From a virus (lineage: Duplodnaviria > Heunggongvirae > Uroviricota > Caudoviricetes): a stretch of DNA of 64,000 bases. Positions within the stretch are counted from its first letter, which is position 1. The number at the start of each line of letters is the position of its first letter. The stretch lies in IMG/VR virus record IMGVR_UViG_3300047567_000058, positions 16,405 to 80,404 of that record; one strand, 5' to 3'. Under the pieces are notes generated by a model. It was not told the DNA's origin, ran no database searches, and saw only the letters and a program-made list of their open reading frames with translations. Position numbers and translations under genes: made by a program. Positions 30,767 through 39,840 of this stretch are shown in pieces.

Positions 30767-31009
30767 TCACCAAGGGACGACATGGAAGTCATCCCTCAGC
30801 GGATCGAGCGGGATCGATGACCCGTCGTTCCACAGAACGGCCAGGCTCCCGTCGTCGTTGACGAAGCTGATCGTCCCGTCGAATCCGCTCGGTATCATCC
30901 GGCCGGGGCCGTTTGACACCATCCGATCGCAGATGACGTGCTGGCCTTTTCTGTAAACGCCCCGGAGCATGCTTACGTAATACTCCGGGACGAATCCTTC
31001 GGAAGGCAT
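30767..31009 (-). CDS. hypothetical small protein (80 aa)
   Basis: ORF track. Confidence 0.4.
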   Translation of the reverse strand: MPSEGFVPEYYVSMLRGVYRKGQHVICDRMVSNGPGRMIPSGFDGTISFVNDDGSLAVLWNDGSSIPLDPLRDDFHVVPW

Positions 31010-31329
31010 CAGCTGTCAGCCGTGGCGGCTGACTTGTACGTCGTCCCGCAATGCGGGCAGGTCTCGTGGAACAGCAGGACCTGCGTCGGGCTGACGAGAT
31101 AAACGTCGTCCTCGGTGACGATCTTGATAACGACGCTGTCGTGATACCCGAGCATCGAGTAAGACACGATGTTGACGTCGTTCCTTCCGCTCTTGAGCGG
31201 CTCGTAGAAATGGGCGCCATATACCGCCGGGTAGTCCCAATTGGCGGTATTGGCGTTTCCATCGGTGCATCCGGCTAATGCCAGCGCCATCGGCAGCAGG
31301 ATCGCCGCCATTAAGATGCGCTTGCGCAT
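31009..31329 (-). CDS. lipoprotein (signal peptide with lipobox LALAGC)
   Basis: N-terminal MRKRILMAAILLPMALALAGC. Confidence 0.6.
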   Translation of the reverse strand: MRKRILMAAILLPMALALAGCTDGNANTANWDYPAVYGAHFYEPLKSGRNDVNIVSYSMLGYHDSVVIKIVTEDDVYLVSPTQVLLFHETCPHCGTTYKSAATADS

Positions 31330-31331
31330 GA

Positions 31332-32639
31332 TCAGGCTCCTGCCGAGCTGGAGCTGGTGCTCGAAGAGCTCGACGCTCCGTTGGCGAGAAGCGATCCGAT
31401 GAGGGCGCTGAGCTGATCGGAGGTGAGAACTTCCGGGAGCTTGCCGTCCCAGGTATCATAGAAGATGATGCCAAGGATAAGATTGGCGCACTTGGAATAA
31501 GTGAGCGTCTCCTTGGACGATTCGACCGGCTTGAACGATGTGACGTAGCCGTCCTTGTCGACGACGATGTCGGCGTCGGCCACTCCGTTGACGGAGCAGT
31601 ACAGCCGGTTGATCATCGACTCAACGGATTTGATGTAAGCCGCGGAAGCGTCTCCTGCGGCCTTGCCTTTGACGGTGGTCGCATAGGCGTCTGCGTCGGC
31701 GAGCGTTCTCTGGACGGCGGCGTCTGACGCGGCTTTGATGCCGGCGGCCTGGGCCTCTTCCTGAGCGATCTCGATCTGCTTCTTCGCCTCGGCTTCCTTC
31801 TTCAGGATCGCCTCGATCTCGGATCCGGCGTCGATGTCGTCAAGCGACGCATTGGTGACGGTGACGTAGTATTGCTCTTTCATGGCGACGATGAATTTCG
31901 TCTGGAATTGGGAGTTGGCGTCGTTGAACTTCGTCGAAAGAAGCTCGAAGATGGTGTATTGGGGCGTGACTTCCTTCATCACGTTCTTGATGATCGACTT
32001 GATCGCGTCCTCCGGCATCTTGCTCGCTTGCGTGATGCGATAGAACGACTGGGCGTTGTCTTTGGTGATGTGATAGATCAGGCTGATCTCAAGGCTGGCG
32101 TATTGGCCATCCATCGTCTGGCAGGTTAGGCTGTCGTTCTTCGTCTCGTTGCTCTCGAGATGAACGACGACGTTGGTGGTTGGGATCGTCGTGACGTGCT
32201 GGAAGATAGACTTGGAATGGAATCCTTCGCCATAAGTCCAGTCCTGGATGCCTCCGTTCAGCTCATCGTAAACGATGCCGACCTCATTCGGGCCGACCTT
32301 GGTGAACGAATTGCAGAGCGGGATGATCCCGATGAGTAGCCAGACGAACGCGAGGCCGAAATATTTTTTATTTCCCTTCGGGGCGTTCTTCTTGGCGGCG
32401 GCGGAATTCTTGTATCCTTTGTAGAACTTGACGAAATCGGCTGTGTATTTGTTGCCGTATGTCTTGATGGGATTGCCGGGATAGACCTTGGCGTATTCCT
32501 CTTCGGCCATGGACACGAGCGTGTTGCCGCTGGAATCCTCGGCGTCTTCTTTAGAACGATTGTACAGATAAATGGCTGCGATCAGCCCGGCGACCAATAA
32601 CAGGACGCCGAACACGATCGTGCAGATCAATGCTGTCAT
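31332..32639 (-). CDS. SPFH/band-7 (HflK/C-, stomatin-like) membrane protein, 435 aa
   Basis: Two N-terminal TM segments. SPFH core VGPNEVGIVYDELNGGIQDW...VVVHLESNETKNDSLTCQTMDGQYASLEISLIYHI. Coiled-coil/Ala-rich C-terminus. Confidence 0.6.
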   Translation of the reverse strand: MTALICTIVFGVLLLVAGLIAAIYLYNRSKEDAEDSSGNTLVSMAEEEYAKVYPGNPIKTYGNKYTADFVKFYKGYKNSAAAKKNAPKGNKKYFGLAFVWLLIGIIPLCNSFTKVGPNEVGIVYDELNGGIQDWTYGEGFHSKSIFQHVTTIPTTNVVVHLESNETKNDSLTCQTMDGQYASLEISLIYHITKDNAQSFYRITQASKMPEDAIKSIIKNVMKEVTPQYTIFELLSTKFNDANSQFQTKFIVAMKEQYYVTVTNASLDDIDAGSEIEAILKKEAEAKKQIEIAQEEAQAAGIKAASDAAVQRTLADADAYATTVKGKAAGDASAAYIKSVESMINRLYCSVNGVADADIVVDKDGYVTSFKPVESSKETLTYSKCANLILGIIFYDTWDGKLPEVLTSDQLSALIGSLLANGASSSSSTSSSSAGA

Positions 32640-32716
32640 AATTTTAAACTCCTTTGAGCCAATGGCTCATTCGGCTGACTCGCCGTTGCGGGCCCAGCCA
32701 TCGTTGTCTTCTTTCA

Positions 32717-33178
32717 TCAATCGACGTTGACGATTAATGCGTACATCTTTCCATTGCGTGGATCAGAGAAATAGAATTCGGATCCAGCGCAATAGGCCAT
32801 ATAGGTGTATTCGTCCATGTTGGCTTTCGATGCCGCCGACATGTCAAGTACGCAGACATCAACGCAATTGTCTCCGCCGCTGGTGTGCTCGCATTCGATG
32901 CACATGTTTTCGCCAAATTGAACTTTGCCCTCGTTTCCTTCGTCATAAAGGCTGCCATAAGTAGTAGGATTGGCAAGGCAGTCATCTATGAATCCGGTTA
33001 GAGTCTTGTTTCCATCGACTACGGTGAATGCTTCCTTGGAGCTGCATCCTGACGAATTCATGATTTTATCGACGATGTCTTGCATGGCTACGCTTGGATC
33101 GTGATAGTACTTTCCGTTTATTGCGAAACTGGTTCCATCGCGCAAAGTAACAGCATTGCTTGATTTGCTGATATTCAC
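32717..33178 (-). CDS. hypothetical Cys-rich protein (153 aa)
   Basis: ORF track. Confidence 0.45.
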   Translation of the reverse strand: MNISKSSNAVTLRDGTSFAINGKYYHDPSVAMQDIVDKIMNSSGCSSKEAFTVVDGNKTLTGFIDDCLANPTTYGSLYDEGNEGKVQFGENMCIECEHTSGGDNCVDVCVLDMSAASKANMDEYTYMAYCAGSEFYFSDPRNGKMYALIVNVD

Positions 33179-33196
33179 AAGTTGCTCCTATTCACT

Positions 33197-33235
33197 GGAA
33201 AATAAAATCCGCTGAGATGATTGGTCTCAGCGGAT
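33197..33235 (-). terminator. intrinsic terminator: hairpin atccgctgaga-ccaatcat-ctcagcggat then TTTATTTTCC (minus strand)
   Basis: Perfect 11-bp stem. Confidence 0.75.
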
Positions 33236-33241
33236 CTTTTA

Positions 33242-34486
33242 TCAGATGATGAACCACTCCGCCATATGCTCGGAGAGATTCCCGAAATCGACTTGGGCCA
33301 CGATCGCCCCAGACGGGGTCATCGCGATCGGGGCGTCTTTGACGAACGACAGGCAGTACGCGTCTTTGAACGTGCCGATCCATGCTTTGAGAGCGCGCAT
33401 ATTCGTGCTCGAGAAATGCTCTGTCGGCGTGACGGCGAAGTCATAGTCTCCGTCGGCCACTCCGTCTGAGCTGCCATTGCCGATGAGGAAACGCTGGGCA
33501 TCCTTGCTGCCGTTGCTGGCGATCGATCCTACGCGGATCATGTCGCTGTCAAGGCTCGAGGAGACCATGAGCGCCTGCGGATCGCCGAACTCGCTGACGA
33601 AAGTTCTGCCGTAAATATTCGGGGTTTCGCGCACGGCGAGATTGAGCTCGGCCGCCATTCTCTCAGGATCGGAAACGACGCAGACCCACTTCTCTTCGTT
33701 GGCGTCTTGGTCGCATTGGATGCTGACGAAGGCACCAGGGGTGCTGTCATAGGTCATGAGGCTGTTTCCGTCGTCGCTGACGTCGAACGTGTTGCCGAAC
33801 GACGGGATGTACATATGGGCGTCGCCGTCCTTGATGTACAGAGCGAAATAGGCCTCGGTGTTCGTTTCGTCTTTGCTGTCGGACGCCATGATGAGCACGA
33901 AGCAATCGGTGTGAAGGATCGGCGTGGCGATGTCATAATCGTCGATGATGCTGCGCGCGTTCTTCAGGCCATGGGTGTCTTTGACGCTCTTGAGAGCGAC
34001 CGAAAGCTTCTCGGGCGAATCCTTGGTCGGGAGGCTTACCCCGCAATATTGCGAGAGCATCCCGAGGACGTCGTCATATCGGTCGCAATGGACGTAATCG
34101 ATGGCGTCTAGATTAAGGCAGGCGATCGAAAGGCTCGGGACGCCGAGCTTGTCTTTCGCTTCCTGGACGTCTCCGAGGGCGGCTTCCGTCTTCGAAAGAT
34201 CGCTGCTGGAGAATCTGATCGGGAACGAATCGATCGGCCCGCGGTTGTCCAAAAGAGCTTCGAAGATCGGATTGTGATCCGGGATGTCGATCTTGCCGCT
34301 TTGCTCAGCCTGGGACTCAGCCAAGGACTGAACCGGATCGTCGCTGAGAGCGGCTTTCTTCAAGGCTTCTTGATCTCCGGCGAGCTTATCGATCTTCTTC
34401 GATGTCTCATCATCGTCGGATGACTTGCTGTCGTCATCCTTGGTTTTGATGTTCTTGAAATTGATTCCGTTGACTTTGATTGGCAT
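33242..34486 (-). CDS. hypothetical protein (414 aa)
   Basis: ATG (MPIKV) after RBS ggaaggagg; M7 of the track ORF. Confidence 0.5.
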   Translation of the reverse strand: MPIKVNGINFKNIKTKDDDSKSSDDDETSKKIDKLAGDQEALKKAALSDDPVQSLAESQAEQSGKIDIPDHNPIFEALLDNRGPIDSFPIRFSSSDLSKTEAALGDVQEAKDKLGVPSLSIACLNLDAIDYVHCDRYDDVLGMLSQYCGVSLPTKDSPEKLSVALKSVKDTHGLKNARSIIDDYDIATPILHTDCFVLIMASDSKDETNTEAYFALYIKDGDAHMYIPSFGNTFDVSDDGNSLMTYDSTPGAFVSIQCDQDANEEKWVCVVSDPERMAAELNLAVRETPNIYGRTFVSEFGDPQALMVSSSLDSDMIRVGSIASNGSKDAQRFLIGNGSSDGVADGDYDFAVTPTEHFSSTNMRALKAWIGTFKDAYCLSFVKDAPIAMTPSGAIVAQVDFGNLSEHMAEWFII

Positions 34487-34544
34487 AATAGTGCCTCCTT
34501 CCATAAGCCCGGGACCGGAATGGCCCGATCCCGGATTTATTTAT

Positions 34545-35234
34545 TTATTTCCCAGACTGCTTGGCTTTGCGCTCGGCATTCTGGACGTATCGCTTGCGGA
34601 GCTTAGACACGTCGTCGCTGTTGAAGACGAGCGGCTTGCCATACTCCATGACCGCGTCGGCCAAACCGTATTTGACGGTCTCTTCGGCGGACATGTTGTT
34701 GTCGCGCTGGGTGTCGGCGTTGATCTGCTCATAGGTCTTGCCGGAGTTGTCCGCCAAGAGATTGAGGCATGCGTCATTGAGCATGTGCATCATCTTCTGG
34801 CTGGCATCGGCGTCGAGGACGGTCTCCATTTCGTTCTGATGATACGTGCGGCCCTGATGGATCAGGACGAACCCGTGTTTCTGAACGAGCCGGTAATCGC
34901 CGCTCGAGAAGATGACCGCCGCCATCGAGGCGCAGAAGCCTTTGCAGACCGTGATGATCGGCGCTTGGATCTCCATCATCTGATCGACGATGGCGAGCCC
35001 TGCCGTGATATCGCCTCCGCCCGACATGATGTCGAGCTCGATAGGCTTCTTTGGATCTTTCTTGCTGAGGTTCTTGAGCTCCGCGATGACGAGGCTGGCG
35101 GATTGCTCCGACACCTCGCCGTAAAGCAGAACAACACGATCCTTATACAAGGAAGTCGCGATAGAATCTTGGAATGTGACGGCCTGCTGTTCAGGCTCGT
35201 ATCCTTCCATAACTGGCTTTGACATAACGATCAC
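34545..35234 (-). CDS. clpP: ClpP-family serine protease subunit
   Basis: Catalytic Ser in CKGFCASMAAVIF, His in VLIHQG, GGGDITAGLAIVDQM. Stop overlaps the upstream gene by 4 nt. Confidence 0.75.
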   Translation of the reverse strand: MIVMSKPVMEGYEPEQQAVTFQDSIATSLYKDRVVLLYGEVSEQSASLVIAELKNLSKKDPKKPIELDIMSGGGDITAGLAIVDQMMEIQAPIITVCKGFCASMAAVIFSSGDYRLVQKHGFVLIHQGRTYHQNEMETVLDADASQKMMHMLNDACLNLLADNSGKTYEQINADTQRDNNMSAEETVKYGLADAVMEYGKPLVFNSDDVSKLRKRYVQNAERKAKQSGK

Positions 35235-37525
35235 TTACCTTTCTTGGCCGTGGCTTTGGACGCCGTGGCCAGCTTAGACGCCGCGAAGAGCTTAGCCGTT
35301 TCGGAGATCTGGCGCTCATATGCGGTCTGGATCTGGCTGCGAACAGCCTCGTCAAGCCCGCGGGCTCCTTTGTTCTCGATGTCGGCAGCGACCTTGATCG
35401 CGTCGATGTCTTCTTTGGTGAAGGCCACTTTGACCTTGCCTCCGGAGAGCGTCTCATACATCTCATGGTATCTCTTGATCAGCGAGTCGAACACGCGATC
35501 GTCAAGACGGTTGAAGATGACCACTTTGTTGATTCTCGCCTTGAACTCAGGCGGGAAGTACTTGGTGATCGCCATCTCAGCGTCGTGCTTGTCGTCCATG
35601 ACCTTGATCTCGCCCATGCCGCTCGTATTGGTCGATTCTGAATCGTATCCGAGGTTTGTCGTGAACACGATGATGGCGTTGCGGAACGAAACCTCGTCGC
35701 CATGAGAGTCATTCACGATGCCGTCGTCGAGCATGCTGAGCAAGGTCTTGAGCACTTTCGGATGCGCCTTCTCGATCTCATCGAAGAGAACGAGCGAGCA
35801 CGGATTGCGCTTGATGCTTGCGAGCAGGCCGGTGTCGTCATCATAGCCGACATAGCCAGGAGCGGAGCCGATGAGCTTGTTGTAGCTGATCTCATCCGCG
35901 TATTCGCCCATGCTCAGTTTGATGAGCGCATCGGACTTGCCGAAATAGTTCTTCGCGATGATGCGGGCGGATTCGGTTTTGCCGACTCCGGTCGGTCCGG
36001 CGAAGAGCATCGAGAGCATCGGCTTCTCAGGATTGTACAAACCAAGATCGATCGTTCTGAGAGACCAGGCGATCTGATTGATCGCTTCGTCTTGCCCGAG
36101 CAGCTTCTCATGCAGCGCTTTCTCGGTCTCGGTGGCATTGTCCTTCGAGACGTGGATTCCGTATTGCTGCGTGATGGCGTCGACCAAATCGTCTTTGGTG
36201 ACGTTCTTGTCTGCCGGATGAGTGACCTTCGCATAAGAATAAGCGAGGTCCATCATGTCGATCGACTTATCAGGATTTGCTTTGTTGAGCGAGTATTTCT
36301 TCGACAATGTCGCGATCTCGCTGACGATGTCGTCGGAGAGCGTCATGCCATAGAATTTGTCTTTGTCGCCGCGGATGCCAAGCAGGATGGTCTTGGTGTC
36401 TTCGTCAGACGGCTCTTTCACATGGATCTCGCGAAGCCGGCGGGAGAACCCGCTGTCCTTGGAGAAGTATTTGTGGAAATCGCTGTCGGTGATCGTCATG
36501 ATCATTGACACGCTTCCATCGGAAAGATACGGCTTGATGATGCTGATGATCGGAGATCCCATCTCTGCGATGGTGAACAGATACTGAGCCTCATCGACGA
36601 ACAAGATCGAATTATGGTCTGCGGCCGCGGCATCGAGAACGACGCCAAGGCGGCCTTCGATCATGCCGGGATAGGTTCCGCCAGCGGAGATCTTATCGAG
36701 ATTGAGACGATAGATATGCTTGACGTTGATGGCGGAAGGGGCTTTGCCAGCATTGATGCGCTGAGCCAAGTCATACACCGCCTCGGTCTTTCCGACGCCG
36801 GCCATGCCAGTGAGCACGACGCTGCGTTTGTTCTTTCCGATCAGGCCGACCGAGATCGACTTGATGAGATCGTCTCCGCCGACGATCGAATGCGGACAAT
36901 CGGCTACGAGAGCGTTGATGTCGGTGAGGAAATCGGTTTTCTCGCAGATATCAGCGATTCCTTGATTGCTCGATTTGGTCTCGGCGTCGGGCTTGAACAT
37001 CTCGATGAATTCATCGTACATGCTCTGGACTTTCTCCGGCCGCTTCGTATCGGTGAAAGCCTTGATGAAGATCTTTCTGAGATTGAACGGAGCTTTGTCG
37101 CTGTCGGCGAAGAGCTGGATCATGAGATTCGGAACCCCAAGCGTTCGGCTCTCTTTGATCGCTTGGCGCTGAAGCTTTGAGACAATGGTCTGGATATCGT
37201 TGTCAGAGCTCATCTCAGGATCGGTGCTTGGATCGATGATATGGCACTTCGGATAGATGCTGAACATCGCCGTGGCGAAAGCGAGATCCGACATTCCGTA
37301 CTTGGAAAGGATCGCTTGCATTTTGCCGAACAGATCGCTGTATTTGTCTCCGGATCCGGAGTGCTTGTTTAAGAAAGCCATGACTCCAAGATAAAGATGC
37401 TGAGTGCCGATCGTGGTATGGCCATAATCGCACGCGAACTTCACCATGAATTCGTTGAAGATGCTGTTGACATCGTCATCGATCGGAGAGGTCATGATGC
37501 TATCGTTATTGTCTTTTTTATTCAT
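35231..37525 (-). CDS. Clp/Hsp100-family AAA+ ATPase (ClpA/ClpC/ClpB-like, two AAA modules, N-terminal Clp_N-like region), 764 aa
   Basis: AAA-1: GKNKRSVVLTGMAGVGKT and ILFVDEAQ. AAA-2: LFAGPTGVGKTE and LVLFDEIEKAHP. Translationally coupled to clpP. Confidence 0.8.
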   Translation of the reverse strand: MNKKDNNDSIMTSPIDDDVNSIFNEFMVKFACDYGHTTIGTQHLYLGVMAFLNKHSGSGDKYSDLFGKMQAILSKYGMSDLAFATAMFSIYPKCHIIDPSTDPEMSSDNDIQTIVSKLQRQAIKESRTLGVPNLMIQLFADSDKAPFNLRKIFIKAFTDTKRPEKVQSMYDEFIEMFKPDAETKSSNQGIADICEKTDFLTDINALVADCPHSIVGGDDLIKSISVGLIGKNKRSVVLTGMAGVGKTEAVYDLAQRINAGKAPSAINVKHIYRLNLDKISAGGTYPGMIEGRLGVVLDAAAADHNSILFVDEAQYLFTIAEMGSPIISIIKPYLSDGSVSMIMTITDSDFHKYFSKDSGFSRRLREIHVKEPSDEDTKTILLGIRGDKDKFYGMTLSDDIVSEIATLSKKYSLNKANPDKSIDMMDLAYSYAKVTHPADKNVTKDDLVDAITQQYGIHVSKDNATETEKALHEKLLGQDEAINQIAWSLRTIDLGLYNPEKPMLSMLFAGPTGVGKTESARIIAKNYFGKSDALIKLSMGEYADEISYNKLIGSAPGYVGYDDDTGLLASIKRNPCSLVLFDEIEKAHPKVLKTLLSMLDDGIVNDSHGDEVSFRNAIIVFTTNLGYDSESTNTSGMGEIKVMDDKHDAEMAITKYFPPEFKARINKVVIFNRLDDRVFDSLIKRYHEMYETLSGGKVKVAFTKEDIDAIKVAADIENKGARGLDEAVRSQIQTAYERQISETAKLFAASKLATASKATAKKGK

Positions 37526-37552
37526 AAAGATTGTGCCGTCCTTTCAGGTGGC

Positions 37553-38005
37553 TCAGATGCCGTCGTCTCCATCGAAATTGCCAAGATGGAAATTGGCTGT
37601 GTCATCTTGATTCTGCTGAGCTGCCGCTTTGGCTTCGTCTTCCTGGGCTTTCTTTTCAGCCTCGGTGATCTCGGCGTCGGTGAGCGCATGCATCCTCTGG
37701 ATGATATCGTTGAGTTTGGCATCCGCCGCATCGGCGGTCAGTTCATTGCCATCCTCGTCTGTGGCCGATCCGTTCTCAATGTCGCATACCCCGGTGGCCA
37801 ATGCCCCGAGGTCAGAGATTCTCACGGCGATCTTCCCGTATTCGGAAGTCAGGCCCTGAGACTGAGCGTATTTCATCAAGTCTCCAGTTAATTCGGACAT
37901 CTTTCCGGCGATGGCGACTTTAGCGTCGGTGATCTTTTGCTCGAAGTTTCCATTGTTGTCTGGAAGCTCGTAATCCTTCGATTTGTCAGATGGTGCGAAT
38001 GGCAT
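37553..38005 (-). CDS. hypothetical acidic protein (150 aa)
   Basis: ORF track; RBS aaaggagg. Confidence 0.45.
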   Translation of the reverse strand: MPFAPSDKSKDYELPDNNGNFEQKITDAKVAIAGKMSELTGDLMKYAQSQGLTSEYGKIAVRISDLGALATGVCDIENGSATDEDGNELTADAADAKLNDIIQRMHALTDAEITEAEKKAQEDEAKAAAQQNQDDTANFHLGNFDGDDGI

Positions 38006-38018
38006 AATTGTGCCTCCT

Positions 38019-38183
38019 TTAGTCTTTTATTTTTTCGACAAGCGGATCATCATCGACGACATCGTTGGATTCTGCATGAGCCAGGTCATCGTTCGTAACC
38101 AGGTTTTTTGCTTGACTGGGGTTGTTCGCACGCACATAAACTGTTTTTGTCTGTGTGTAATATGTAATTGCGTACATTGGCAT
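38019..38183 (-). CDS. small protein (54 aa, MPMYAITYYTQTKTVYVRANNPSQAKNLVTNDDLAHAESNDVVDDDPLVEKIKD)
   Basis: Strong RBS aggagg 9 nt upstream of the ATG. Preceded by the conserved leader hairpin. Its stop TAA overlaps the RBS of the next gene. Confidence 0.45.
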   Translation of the reverse strand: MPMYAITYYTQTKTVYVRANNPSQAKNLVTNDDLAHAESNDVVDDDPLVEKIKD

Positions 38184-38190
38184 TGCTATC

Positions 38191-38233
38191 GCCTCCTTTC
38201 CGATGGAACTATCGTTTCACCTAAATCTTATCG
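38191..38233 (-). promoter_or_regulatory. conserved 5'-leader hairpin element, copy 1 (aggtgaaac-gata-gttccatc followed by ggaaaggagg)
   Basis: One of three near-identical roughly 35-nt elements placed immediately 5' of the SD of consecutive genes. Confidence 0.5.
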
Positions 38234-38832
38234 TAATCGTCATGACCTCGGTCGATTGCCTTAACTAATTTGGCATCGATTTCCTGTACCTCCTTTGTGA
38301 TTTCGTTATCAGCGATGCTCTTGCTGATGGCCGCAAGCGGTTTATGTTTCAGATTGGCGAGTTTGACCCGTTGGATTTTCAGGCCGAACCCACACCCATC
38401 GCCGAACATGACGCTGGCTTTATCTTTTGTCAAAAGGACACGATACAGGTCGTCGCAGTTTTGGATGACATCGGTCTTGTCGGGCGTCAGCAGGCCGCCA
38501 TCGACATCGCAGTATCCGTCAGCTTTCGCGATGAAGACCAAACGCAACGCGCGCTTAGCCAGTTCTTCAGTCGTGAAAACAACGGAATCGGTAAAGCAAC
38601 TCGGGCCGTTGAAATTATCGGTGTCGGCCCAGTCTTTCATGATGAGTTTGTAGCCATAGCCAGGGATAAAATCCCTGAATTTCAGGCCGACGGCTTTGGC
38701 CCATTTCAGATCGGGCGGATTGCCTGCATCGATTTGGAACTTTTCGTTGGCAGATTCCATCTTTTGGCTAAGTTGCTCAAGCGCTTCGGAATCATCTTCG
38801 GCATTGACTGTGGCAGTAATTGTGATTTTCAT
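38221..38832 (-). CDS. hypothetical protein (203 aa); N-terminal 45 aa are paralogous to small gene 38838..39008
   Basis: MKITITATVNAEDDSEALEQLSQKMESANEKFQ aligns with MKYTLTITINAKDKEEVADKLANKIEIANSEFQ. ATG at M22 of the track ORF. Confidence 0.5.
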   Translation of the reverse strand: MKITITATVNAEDDSEALEQLSQKMESANEKFQIDAGNPPDLKWAKAVGLKFRDFIPGYGYKLIMKDWADTDNFNGPSCFTDSVVFTTEELAKRALRLVFIAKADGYCDVDGGLLTPDKTDVIQNCDDLYRVLLTKDKASVMFGDGCGFGLKIQRVKLANLKHKPLAAISKSIADNEITKEVQEIDAKLVKAIDRGHDDYDKI

Positions 38833-38837
38833 AAAAT

Positions 38838-39008
38838 CTATTTGCCCTCCTTGGCATGACGACGCGCAAAATGGAAACCGGCTCTGTGTAGCCATTCTGA
38901 ATCGGGTAACTGGAACTCAGAGTTGGCGATTTCAATTTTGTTCGCTAATTTATCGGCAACCTCCTCCTTGTCTTTGGCGTTGATAGTAATAGTTAAGGTA
39001 TATTTCAT
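38838..39008 (-). CDS. small protein (56 aa), paralogue of the N-terminus of 38221..38832
   Basis: RBS ggaaagga, preceded by the conserved leader hairpin. Its C-terminal codons (aaggagggcaaatag) form the RBS of the next gene. Confidence 0.45.
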   Translation of the reverse strand: MKYTLTITINAKDKEEVADKLANKIEIANSEFQLPDSEWLHRAGFHFARRHAKEGK

Positions 39009-39015
39009 AAATTTT

Positions 39016-39050
39016 TCCTTTCCGATGAAACTATCGTTCCATCTAAATTA
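39016..39050 (-). promoter_or_regulatory. conserved 5'-leader hairpin element, copy 2 (agatggaac-gata-gtttcatc followed by ggaaagga)
   Basis: Same element as copy 1. Confidence 0.5.
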
Positions 39051-39227
39051 AAGCTGTTCGTATTTGTGTCTGATACAATAGTCTTGAATACGATTGAAAT
39101 CTTCTTCAGAGACTGTTGCTTTGATTGCATTGACGTAAGCATTAACGACACTCGGTTCGTTTGAATATCCATAGCCTTCGTAATCGACAAGGAACGACAT
39201 GTCCTCGTAGATATAGACGACGATCAT
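39048..39227 (-). CDS. small protein (59 aa)
   Basis: Internal ATG (M29 of the track ORF) after RBS aaaggagg. Confidence 0.4.
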   Translation of the reverse strand: MIVVYIYEDMSFLVDYEGYGYSNEPSVVNAYVNAIKATVSEEDFNRIQDYCIRHKYEQL

Positions 39228-39228
39228 A

Positions 39229-39582
39229 CTATTTGCCTCCTTTCTTTTTCGGCTCTTTGGTGACCATATCGACTTCTTCCCCATTAACGAAACGCACAGG
39301 GAAGACGTCATATTTCAGATCGCTATGTGAGTCGGGGTTATAGACGCCCACGATGGCGATTCCGGTGAGTCCTTTCTCAAGCGCCGCCGCCTGATAGTCA
39401 TCCGTCAGGATATAGCATGGTTTGAATCCTTCCTTGCGAAAGTAAATGACAGCGTTGATTACTCCGTCGTCAATGACCTCATTTTCGACTTCGGCGTCTT
39501 GCGCGTAGAAATCGAATCCATGATAGCCATTTGCCATGTTCGCGGTTTGCGCAAGCAGGTATTCGATGCATTTTCTATCCAT
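39229..39582 (-). CDS. hypothetical protein (117 aa)
   Basis: ORF track; preceded by the conserved leader hairpin and RBS ggaaagga. Confidence 0.45.
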   Translation of the reverse strand: MDRKCIEYLLAQTANMANGYHGFDFYAQDAEVENEVIDDGVINAVIYFRKEGFKPCYILTDDYQAAALEKGLTGIAIVGVYNPDSHSDLKYDVFPVRFVNGEEVDMVTKEPKKKGGK

Positions 39583-39589
39583 AAGTTTT

Positions 39590-39625
39590 TTCCTTTCCGA
39601 TGAAACTATCGTTCCATCTTATTGA
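39590..39625 (-). promoter_or_regulatory. conserved 5'-leader hairpin element, copy 3
   Basis: Same element as copies 1 and 2. Confidence 0.5.
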
Positions 39626-39840
39626 TCATCGTAATCACGATAACCTTCTCCCATCTCTTTCCAAAATTCCTTGGTCTTTGACGGAGAACACTCTTTAGCG
39701 GATTCGAACTCCATATCGTTTTCTTCGTAGTCGGGCCCATTATAATGGTCGGAAGCGTCTCCGTCGTTGCCGTCGATGAAATCGCCATCATTGGCTTTCT
39801 TTTTAGCAGACGGAGGCCGTCCAGGAAACGGCAAAGGCCT

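Noticed and set aside
34486-38005. Shared start context AGGAGGCAC(A/T)ATTATGCC at genes 33242..34486 and 37553..38005 (both begin Met-Pro) as a specific regulatory signal
   Set aside because: Only two exact copies, and it is explainable as strong SD plus a similar N-terminus. Noted but not treated as a separate element.
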